DNA from: a virus
Taxonomy: Duplodnaviria > Caudoviricetes
Reading direction: 5' to 3' (one strand)
Virus record (IMG/VR): IMGVR_UViG_3300008097_000018
Location: 1-24,081 of that record
Length of the DNA: 24,081 bases
A program made the translations under genes and the position numbers. This document shows, piece after piece, positions 11,601-16,903 of the stretch. The notes beneath the pieces are model-generated. The model saw nothing but the letters and a program-made list of their open reading frames with translations, searched no databases and was not told the DNA's origin. Position 1 is the first letter of the stretch. Each line of letters begins with the position of its first letter.

Positions 11601-14600
11601 ACAAGTTAATGTGTATATGAATGCTGTAAGAATACAAGATGATACAAAGGATACACTTGATTTCAATAACGGAACTATTGAAAGTGGATTTGGTGATTAC
11701 ACTGGAACAGAAAGTGCTGTATTAAGAGCATTTGGATTATCACATAAAACTGATCCAATCTTTAGAAAACCATTTGATGGTAGTAGTGCAGGTATAGTTA
11801 ATACTACAAATAATACTATCAATCTTCCAAATCATTTCTTTGTTACAGGTGAAGAACTTGTTTATACAAATCCTGGCACTGGATATACTATGGCAATTGG
11901 AGTTGCTTCTACTGATGGATTTACTGGAGTTGGTACAACTACTTTATTACCAAGTAAAGTATATGCAGTTAAGATTGATGATGAAACCATTAAGCTTGCA
12001 GAGAGTGTCTCTAAGGCACTTCAGACCGTCCCAGAGGTGGTTGATATTACAAGTGTAGGTATTGGAACTTCTCACTGTTTTAATGCTGTTAATCAGAATA
12101 AGAAAGCTCTTATTTCTTTGGATAATATTATTCAATCTCCCATCGTTTCAACCGCAGTAACAACTCATTTAGCAAATCAGGTATTTACTACTGATGATAA
12201 TATTGAGTTTGCAGGAATTACATCATTCTTTGGTGGAGATTTAATTAAAATTGGAAATGAAATACTTAGAATTGATGCTATTGGTCAAGCAGGAAATGAT
12301 AATCTCATTAGAGTTAGACGACCTTGGGCTGGAACTGCTTTAGCAGGATATGGAACGGGAGCTTTAGTTACTAAAGTAGATGGTAATTATAATATTGTTG
12401 ATAATACACTAAACTTTGTAGAAGCACCTTATGGTAATGTTCCTTTAAGTACCTCTACAAACCCACCTGATTCAAGGGATTGGACGGGAATTGCGACTGG
12501 ATCTAGTTTTGAAGGAAGAACATTCATGCGTTCTGGTGTTCCTGATACATCAAATGAACCATATTATAGAAATTATATTTTTGATAGTCTTTCTTCTCAA
12601 TTTACTGGTCAAGTGTCAGACTTTACATTAGAGTCTGGTGGATCAAATATAACAGGAATTGTAACTGATACTGCAATTGTTCTTATTAATGATGTTTTCC
12701 AAACTTCAGGATCAACTAATGAATATACTATTATTGAAGATGCGACTGTTGGTGTAACAACAATTTCATTTACTGGTACTGGAAGTTCTACTACCGATGC
12801 AAATGTAGGAAATCTTCCTAAAGGTGGAATAATTGTTTCTGTAGGTTCTAGTGAAGGATTTGGATATCAACCTCTAGTTGCTGCTGGTGGAACAGTTACA
12901 GTTGCTGCTGGTGGTACTATTCAATCTATTAGTATTGGTAATACTGGTTCTGGTTATAGGGCAGGTATTCAAACAGTTAATGTTGGTATACAAACGATTA
13001 GCCGTTCTGGAACTAATATTATAGGAATTGGTACAGCACAAATTACTACTGGACATATTACAGGAATTGCTGTTACTAATCCAGATCATATATTCTATTC
13101 AACTAGAAGAGTAGCAAATGTTGGATATAGTTCCGTAACTGGTATATCTACGATCACTACACAAACTGATCATGGATTATCATCAGGTGATGAAGTAACA
13201 CTTTCTGGTATTGCCTTTACTTGTGACTACTCACCTAGAATTGGTATTCATACCGCAGTCTATGATAATATATCTGGTATTATGACAGTTACGACTGCTG
13301 TTGGGCATGGATTATCAACTAGTGGTCAGAAGAGTGTTGTCATCTTTACTGGATTAGCATTTACTTGTGGATTGGATAATGGAGCATCTACTCATTATTA
13401 TCCAAGAGGACAAGATCCTGCATATCATACTGCAGTTAAGATTACTAAGGATGGTGCTAAGAAAACTGTAACTGGTGCAGTCTATAATCCTACAACTGGC
13501 ATCATGACAGTTACTTCCCCTAGTCATGGAATCTCTAATAATGATAAAGTAAAATTTGAACCTAATTCTTTAATATTTACTTGTGATAAGGATAATTATG
13601 CCACTTCACACCCATATCCTAGAAGATCAGATACGATTGCTAGTCAGTGGATATTAGCTACTAATGTAACCACAAATACCTTTAGAGTTAATGTTCTTCC
13701 TGTAGCACCTTCAACTTACACTGGAATCCATAGTTTTGTCAGTGCAGTTGCTAATGGACTTACACATAATGATGGAGACATTGCAATTGATGTAGGATAT
13801 GCTGCTAATAGTGATAACTTTACTCATCAGTTTGTATCTGCTACTTCTGGTGCTGTAGTTGCAGGTGGTTCTTATGCTCACAGATTTATTGGTTCAGATC
13901 CTGCTGCTGTTATTAGTGGTGGTGATTATAATCATACATTTGTAAGTTCTGGTATTGGAAGTATAAGTGTAACAGGTATTGGAACTACAACTGCGACTGA
14001 TGCAACATACAATGCTTCTACTGGAAACTTAGTTCTTACTATTCCTTCACATGGACTTTCTGATAGTGATACTATTGGAATTGCTACTGGAGGTATTGTA
14101 TTTACTTGTTCGATGGATAGTCATACTTCAAATCATCCTTATCCTCGTTCAACAGATCCTATTGCAGGAATTACTACTGCAATTACAGATTATACAACCA
14201 ACACTATCACTGTTTATGTTGGAACTTCTGCAACTGTAACTCATAATGTTAGTGATGCTAGTTACAATCCTGATACAGGTGCTTTGGTTCTTTCAATTGC
14301 TAGTCATGGATTATCCGCAGATACTAGTATTAGATTAAAAGAAGAGAGTTTGAGATTTAGGTGTGAATTTGATGATTATGCAACAATTCATCCATATCCA
14401 AGATATACTGATCCAGGATTTAGTACTTCTATCAATATTGATTCAAAAACAGATGATACTATTACCCTTAATGTAGGCACATCTAAGACTGCTCTTTATA
14501 GTATTTCTACTGCTTCATATAGTGCTACTTCTGGAATATTAACAGTAAGTATTGGTGCAGGTCATAGTTTACGTATAGGACAAAGTATTGGTATAAAAAC

Positions 14601-16866
14601 TGAATCTTTATCATTTAGATGTTCGAGAGATAATTATGCAACTGTGCATAGATATCCTAGAAAACCAGATCCTTATTACACAGGAACACAAGTTACTGCT
14701 GTTGGTGTAGGAACCACTACGTTTGAAGTTAATATCGGTGTTTCTACTGTTCCTACTTTCTATGTTGGACTGGGATCTGTTCAGTCTGCTATTATAGCTC
14801 CTAGATTAAATAACAATTCTGCAAGTAAATTTGATGTTGCAGCAAATGGAAGTGAAGTTCTACGTGTTATTGATAGTAAGACATTTGAGACTCAAACTGG
14901 AATATCAACTAGAAATCATATCTATGCTAGAGGTGGGTATGTAAATGGATACAATAAGGTAGTCTTTGATGATCCATTATCATATAGTGGTATTGGTTTA
15001 ACTTATAGTGATACATCTAGTGGAATTGGAACTGGTGCAACAATTGATATTGTTGTTGGACAGGGTTCTAGTGTAATTAGTTTTACTATTCAAAATACTG
15101 GTAGTGGTTATGGTAATCTTCAAAAATTAACAGTTCCTATTGGTGGTACTACAGGTATTCCAACTGATCCAAGTAAAACCTTTACTGAAATGTTGATTGA
15201 TATTGAAAAAGTCTTTAGTGATGAATTTACTGGATGGTCTGTTGGTCAATTGGAAGTTCTTGATAATGTTGAAAGATATATTGATGGTGGTAGAACTGAT
15301 TTCCCATTAACTGTTAATGGAGAATCAACTTCAATTGTTGCTAAGAAAGGATCTAAGATTGATGTTCAAGATCTTCTATTGGTATTTGTTAATAACATTC
15401 CTCAAGTTCCTGGTAAAGGATATAAGTTCCCTGGTGGTAGTGTAATTACATTTACTGAAGCACCTAAAGTTGGCGATACAATTGAAATTATTTTCTATAA
15501 AGGAACAGGTGGTCAAGACGTTGTTGATAGAAAGGTTATTGAAACTGTAAAACAAGGTGATGATTTAACTGTTGGACGTTTACAAACTCAAGATACTTGG
15601 TTACAAGAAGTTGCTAGGGTTCCTATTAGCGTTGATTCTACTGATGTTGTTTCAACTCCTCCATATTATGGACCAGGTAATAGCAACAATTCTGAATTAG
15701 AAAGACCAGTTAATTGGTGTAGACAAACTGAAGATAAAATTATTAATGAGAAAGGTGTTGGAAAGGATAGGGAACTTTATGAACCTGTTATTAATCCATA
15801 CTCACCTATTATAAAATCAGTAGGAATAGGGTCAACAGTCATCTACGTTGAAAATGCAAGACCATACTTTGATCCATATGATGAAGTTAATAATGTATCA
15901 CCAACATCTGATGACTTTACTTTCCAAAAGAAAGTTAAGTTGATTTCTCAAGAAGATAAAATTGGTGCTGCTGGTACTGCAATAGTATCTGGTCTAGGAA
16001 CAATTTCTTCTGTTGCTATTTCTACAGGTGGTGTTGGTTATAGCACTGCTACAGTAAGTTTTGCTACTACATCATTAAGTGGTAATGAGGTTGGTGTTGG
16101 TTCAACATCTACAACTGCTTTTGGATCTCCAATAATTGGTGCTGCTGGAACTATAACTGGTATTGCAATTACTAGTGTTGGTGCAGGTTATACATCATCT
16201 AATCCACCAATGGTTCTTATCAGTCCTCCAACATGGTCTGAAGAGGAAAATAAAGTTGATTACTATCAAGGCGATTCTGGCATTATTGTTGGATTTGGTA
16301 CTACTACAATTGGAGCTGGTTCAACCAACTATCAATTGATATTTGACTTACATATTCCTCTCGGTTCTGATTTAAGAGACTCTAATATTACTGGTACTGC
16401 AGTTACTATTAGTGGAATATCCACAGGTGACTTCTTTATAGTTAATAATTCTACAGTTGGTAGTGCAACTACATCAATCAATTCTGTTGATACTGGTGGT
16501 GCTGTTATTGGAGTTGGAACTCAATTCCTAAATAACGTTTATGAAGTTAATAATTATGAAATAGTTCAAGCTGCAACAGGAGTTGGAACTACAGGTGTAG
16601 GAATAGGTACAACTCACCTTAATAGGGTGTTTGTAAAAGTAACCAACTTTAATACTTGGAGTGGTCAATGGCCTACTTTCAGTGGTGCTGGTATTCAAAC
16701 TGGTAATTACTTTGGAGCATATAGTTGGGGTAAGATTAATCTAACCTCAAGATCTGAGAGTAATACTTATACTGCATATACATTAGGAGGAACAGGTGGA
16801 ATTTCTACTTCTCCAGTAGTAAGACGATCTGCTTCCCTTAAATATAAGCAATATAAAACTCCTTGA
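2698..16866 (+). CDS. gp7: Giant baseplate wedge initiator gp7 (4722 aa) with many inserted beta-rich modules
   Basis: Uninterrupted ORF between gp6 and gp8. It has the gp7-type core motifs EFLKSYY and KDFYLSKGT..GFEILFKALY (3289..3351) and RIQDSDYYQNLSYSL..W...V..LNHTLGFKKF (10165..10284). Confidence 0.9.
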   Translation: MSKKRIQFNNVVQNQLPGYVRSDYPLVAEFLKSYYQGQEYQGGPIDLVQNIDEYTKVSEQVGLTEHVGLGASIGIVNDTIEVDMKENPTGTLGFPDSYGLLKINNEIITYTGITTFAFTGCVRGFVGVSSYQNDTNPEELVFESTSAEEHSKGDSIQNLSSLFLKEFLVKTKHQLAPGFESRKLSSDLDQNIFIKQSKDFYLSKGTDRGFEILFKALYNENVKIIRPSEFLFTPSNANYKITRDFVVEPISGDPMNLELSTLYQDTYQDRNIDKAYAPITHVEPINVSAGTTFYKLSIDAGYNRDSRVEGSTYGTFVTPPRTRVIGEVGVGITVVDVDSTVGFGSTGELHFKYIDNTTGVSSYTSKSLTQFFGLSGIGKTILSGETIGINTFAYGRSVLDFDDTIEVRITSVIDSVDYENTNCLFEEGDTIKIKTLGIGDTGYKVKEWFYNVSPVYQVDSIVLKDSSDFTYEITLTTDHDFKVGDKSVAILVGSDGRNLPVSDITQLTSARSFVIKGQGLINEDLDYTIERQILKTNAINFPEASAYATNIQNVYKEKNSEKLLIASPSIPTYGSQSLGVNDGKIVFSGSFSGDEYEVITNASTSPSGVPIFDHGFYTGDAIYYTPQIINNAYVDPTSGTSIDNFVVKSSLMDEGLYFVKRVNETTLKFAKSGSDLYNEKFVTQEQVGIVTDNKISPFKFNNKTLTSQKLVREVCPPDNTGTVYETTPGHTGILVNGVEILNYKSFDQVHYGELKGIDVLAGGKDFDIINPPFLHIKDSVGTGATGYVAVSGELKGVRIIDPGFDYQSKPTIKIAGGNGSGADVSVNMQSVEHSVSFESDSPRVILNTSSSLPSTIGFTTYHKLKNAEEVIYVTDNQEVVGGLTTSSTYFAAVVGSGGTTIRLHKDEAGALAGINTIALTSRGVGKHFIKSINKKSIVESINIISGGSEYQNKKRTTTSAGIDTSSNCINIKNHDYQSGEIVKYTTNGTPIAGLTTDTDFYVTKKDDDSFYLSSVGVGTTTSDFYYKTKQYRSLTSIGVGTHTFNYQDITVSITGDVGISSVGSDTFELKVQPIFRGEITSVHLSNNGVGYGASEIINFVREPEVTLLSGSNAQLTPIISGGKIIEVIVENKGSNYNSPPNLQINGSGSGAVITPILKVVDLNGNASSVGIGTTVNYVLDTVNIIHQGAGYDTSTTSIDVINSGSDSKLRSHIQKWNVNLFEKYYQTQQITDDDGIIKDGNIGLQYNHLYAPRKLRQTVYATNQEGESLYGEPDLKKVNGQETQSDNHSPIIGWAYDGNPIYGPYGYMKKEGGTVTQMKSGYVEEASIKENRPPLSVFPAGFFCDDFTYKKVSDETILDENNGRFCVTPQFPSGTYAYFATIDDSGSEQGGQFNTFKLPVYPYLIGQNYYSTPNDFNLLTTSNQDDYNLENSKWCRNTTPYNLIYNDKAYYPYMPLPDNLSQTIDVSGTKPGSLESIGIETGGKNYQVGDKVVFNNTGSRGIGAAAKVSRLLGKSVSSVSAATSSITNVEIYPSSQKGIYSIVSTEPHEWVNRDIITVTGLSTTSSEIGGVYNAGITSTKLNVTGLGTTAVAIGTDGATGIVTHIDVRGDLSKLQSNDILGIGTETLKLLNVEPLLSRIRVLRAFNGVTGVSHTVTSEILEDPRRLTINSGFTSEYEYRVNNQIYFNPADSVGLGTRSGVGIGTTIAFSNPGIGITQKFIQTKAIYLPDHGLKTGDKLTYSPNQGEGLNIRWDGSDAVYTGINTLTNGQTLYAAAITEDLIGISTVKVGLGSTGTFVGIASTQRGSTTVFFSGLGTGVYHSFKTNYDVITGEIRKVTATVSTGETHGLLNYENVYMDVVSGLTTTVIVKYNDYNRRMVIDPKSFTASGVNTTSNSFTINDHGYETGDKIIHTASTPAGGLDDNGIYYIVKVDTDSFKLTNTDYDANEPKPDVIGITSTSAGTINPINPRIKVYKNSRVEFDLSDASLGYVAQSTNYPAFVMNLYSDKNLTKQWNTSPESTTFNFTRNGTAGVSTDAKVTLSVTKDIPETLYYKLDPVFESTLPIIKKEIISDTGVLSGNEIQLVDSEYNGKQSITVGSTNQFSYTLRKSPERTSYGTTSFVSYETDSSTAYGAIADFKIGNPGRNYYNLPGISTINSEVGSGAIIEALSTSIGKVKNLKVKDIGYDFPSDTTLKPDSALPQIIKIDALMSIESIGITSFGRGYISAPELILIDGKTNKPVLDADLKYTLGNPEVEILKNTKGISNTEPTIITDRNSNGIGIATVGFNTENYDVTVQLSVGFSTADTFPIAVGDEVFIEGVGVGVGTTALGYNSENYNYNLFTITAVDENYGGIGTVTYNLSNYFTGLAPGLSAGTFDFVNSSGRIVPKKFMPTFDIKLTPNDFSQNEVVTGSISSARGNVENWNPNTGILRVSNTDGFIVNDIIKGLSSSTQGLASSIKTFDSYIKLNATSRVEKGWETDSGFFNAHIQRIQDSDYYQNLSYSLSSRVDIETWDDPVSTLNHTLGFKKFSDYQLESTSSARVGLSTELSDVSVVNDLYGIGDLNCVYDFDLVSENALDITGSDAFSTEITFSSRILKDYSESVGNRVVSIDDFSGTFNSNPRATRFSTINRWTLSERRALKYITYVRDKRFGAQRQLMIVDIIHDDVQGYINQYGRVESVYDQGDFDFAVSGSEGQLNFYPVKYSVNDYFVATLSYNLDDNLLSTGSTVIGPSLIDSESVTIGTGVASTTIVGIASTYRSAKVIININPDISGKEHEYNQLNIIHNDDEVDIMEYGRLTTVTTPEAIGGLGTYRGYIDGSTLKVDFIPNASVGIGTTGVINTIVVGMADSTSTGIGTVDLKHARLESRTTAIDSSSSPGITTIGEYPSDYEAAYGTIQVTDATNQVYCMFEYAVVTDYVDGSTTETYDVDFANVASGVSPTGLGTFGSKVSSAGTVSLLFTPVASINAQVNVYMNAVRIQDDTKDTLDFNNGTIESGFGDYTGTESAVLRAFGLSHKTDPIFRKPFDGSSAGIVNTTNNTINLPNHFFVTGEELVYTNPGTGYTMAIGVASTDGFTGVGTTTLLPSKVYAVKIDDETIKLAESVSKALQTVPEVVDITSVGIGTSHCFNAVNQNKKALISLDNIIQSPIVSTAVTTHLANQVFTTDDNIEFAGITSFFGGDLIKIGNEILRIDAIGQAGNDNLIRVRRPWAGTALAGYGTGALVTKVDGNYNIVDNTLNFVEAPYGNVPLSTSTNPPDSRDWTGIATGSSFEGRTFMRSGVPDTSNEPYYRNYIFDSLSSQFTGQVSDFTLESGGSNITGIVTDTAIVLINDVFQTSGSTNEYTIIEDATVGVTTISFTGTGSSTTDANVGNLPKGGIIVSVGSSEGFGYQPLVAAGGTVTVAAGGTIQSISIGNTGSGYRAGIQTVNVGIQTISRSGTNIIGIGTAQITTGHITGIAVTNPDHIFYSTRRVANVGYSSVTGISTITTQTDHGLSSGDEVTLSGIAFTCDYSPRIGIHTAVYDNISGIMTVTTAVGHGLSTSGQKSVVIFTGLAFTCGLDNGASTHYYPRGQDPAYHTAVKITKDGAKKTVTGAVYNPTTGIMTVTSPSHGISNNDKVKFEPNSLIFTCDKDNYATSHPYPRRSDTIASQWILATNVTTNTFRVNVLPVAPSTYTGIHSFVSAVANGLTHNDGDIAIDVGYAANSDNFTHQFVSATSGAVVAGGSYAHRFIGSDPAAVISGGDYNHTFVSSGIGSISVTGIGTTTATDATYNASTGNLVLTIPSHGLSDSDTIGIATGGIVFTCSMDSHTSNHPYPRSTDPIAGITTAITDYTTNTITVYVGTSATVTHNVSDASYNPDTGALVLSIASHGLSADTSIRLKEESLRFRCEFDDYATIHPYPRYTDPGFSTSINIDSKTDDTITLNVGTSKTALYSISTASYSATSGILTVSIGAGHSLRIGQSIGIKTESLSFRCSRDNYATVHRYPRKPDPYYTGTQVTAVGVGTTTFEVNIGVSTVPTFYVGLGSVQSAIIAPRLNNNSASKFDVAANGSEVLRVIDSKTFETQTGISTRNHIYARGGYVNGYNKVVFDDPLSYSGIGLTYSDTSSGIGTGATIDIVVGQGSSVISFTIQNTGSGYGNLQKLTVPIGGTTGIPTDPSKTFTEMLIDIEKVFSDEFTGWSVGQLEVLDNVERYIDGGRTDFPLTVNGESTSIVAKKGSKIDVQDLLLVFVNNIPQVPGKGYKFPGGSVITFTEAPKVGDTIEIIFYKGTGGQDVVDRKVIETVKQGDDLTVGRLQTQDTWLQEVARVPISVDSTDVVSTPPYYGPGNSNNSELERPVNWCRQTEDKIINEKGVGKDRELYEPVINPYSPIIKSVGIGSTVIYVENARPYFDPYDEVNNVSPTSDDFTFQKKVKLISQEDKIGAAGTAIVSGLGTISSVAISTGGVGYSTATVSFATTSLSGNEVGVGSTSTTAFGSPIIGAAGTITGIAITSVGAGYTSSNPPMVLISPPTWSEEENKVDYYQGDSGIIVGFGTTTIGAGSTNYQLIFDLHIPLGSDLRDSNITGTAVTISGISTGDFFIVNNSTVGSATTSINSVDTGGAVIGVGTQFLNNVYEVNNYEIVQAATGVGTTGVGIGTTHLNRVFVKVTNFNTWSGQWPTFSGAGIQTGNYFGAYSWGKINLTSRSESNTYTAYTLGGTGGISTSPVVRRSASLKYKQYKTP
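6433..6927 (+). other. C-terminal half of a YHYH-family domain embedded in gp7
   Basis: HSPIIGWAYDGNPIYGPYGY, GFFCDDFTY, LDENNGRFCVTPQFPSGTYAYFAT and YPYLIG match the conserved blocks of the YHYH protein family as I recall them. Confidence 0.8.
10573..11634 (+). repeat. Three tandem ~110-130-aa copies of a fibre-tip-like beta domain within gp7
   Basis: RRALKY..DIIHDD..GYINQYG..QGDF..QLNFYP; YRSAKV..NIIHND..DIMEYG..LGTY..KVDFIP; YEAAYG..AVVTD..YDVDFA..LGTF..SLLFTP. Confidence 0.7.
13105..14943 (+). repeat. Cassette of six ~85-aa Cys/His modules within gp7
   Basis: Consensus Y-x-x-x-[TS]-G-x-x-x-x-x-x-x(-x)-H-[GS]-[LI]...F-[TR]-C-x-x-D-x5-H-x-Y-P-R-x-x-D-P. The Cys codons are at 13222, 13366, 13582, 14107, 14362 and 14620. 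Module 1 breaks off shortly after FTC. Confidence 0.9.
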
Positions 16867-16875
16867 TCAAATCAT

Positions 16876-16884
16876 TAATAAATA
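16876..16884 (+). promoter_or_regulatory. T4-type late promoter, TAATAAATA, upstream of gp8
   Basis: TTAATAAATAAA (16875..16886) in the 37-nt gp7-gp8 gap; the core ends 19 nt before the ATG. Identical to the 12-mer upstream of gp25. Confidence 0.82.
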
Positions 16885-16903
16885 AAGAAAAATCTCTGTC
16901 CAA

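Larger units (their letters stand above)
4132..11860 (+). repeat. Nine dispersed copies of an H-x-x-x-x-(G)-[D/E] beta module within gp7 (protein-level repeat; resembles phage 'E1 FCCH-like' domains)
   Basis: His codons at 4132 (HDFKVGD), 4537 (HGFYTGD), 5281 (HKLKNAE), 5617 (HDYQSGE), 7339 (HEWVNRD), 7885 (HGLKTGD), 8233 (HGLLNYE), 8398 (HGYETGD) and 11833 (HFFVTGE). Several are followed by GL....Y[YF]V.K.D...[FI]KL and a closing G.G.H.F. Confidence 0.7.
4960..16200 (+). repeat. About 14 dispersed copies of an I-x-[IV]-x-x-x-G-x-x-[YF] beta-hairpin repeat within gp7 (protein-level)
   Basis: IDVLAGGKDF, VRIIDPGFDY, INIISGGSEY, VHLSNNGVGY, VIVENKGSNY, VNIIHQGAGY, IGIETGGKNY, FKIGNPGRNY, LKVKDIGYDF, IGITSFGRGY, ISIGNTGSGY, FTIQNTGSGY, VAISTGGVGY and IAITSVGAGY are all visible in the translation. 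Confidence 0.75.

Noticed and set aside
12876-12914. 15-nt direct repeat AGTTGCTGCTGGTGG with 24-nt period (VAAGGT twice)
   Set aside because: Two in-frame copies within coding sequence; too short and too few for an array, att site or target duplication.
3576-13089. Minus-strand ORFs inside gp7 (3576..3764, 11448..11666, 11947..12135, 12874..13089)
   Set aside because: Short, fully antisense to a strong gene, with compositions expected from the sense codon bias and no expression signals.
11840-14239. Alternate-frame + strand ORFs 11840..12058 and 14051..14239 (Leu-rich, membrane-like)
   Set aside because: The Leu/Gln runs are what a shifted reading of gp7's Thr/Ala/Ser codons ending in T/A produces. 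I saw no slippery site or initiation signal.
13105-14943. Possibility that the six-module cassette is a DGR template/variable pair, CRISPR-like array or intein
   Set aside because: The copies are highly diverged in DNA with no adenine-specific mismatch pattern and no identical repeats. There is no reverse transcriptase in the window and no intein splice motifs at the cassette ends.
16528-16844. Extra TAAATA hexamers near the end of gp7 (CTAAATA 16528, TTAAATA 16838)
   Set aside because: The hexamer is expected by chance in AT-rich DNA, and a better match lies in the intergenic gap at 16876.
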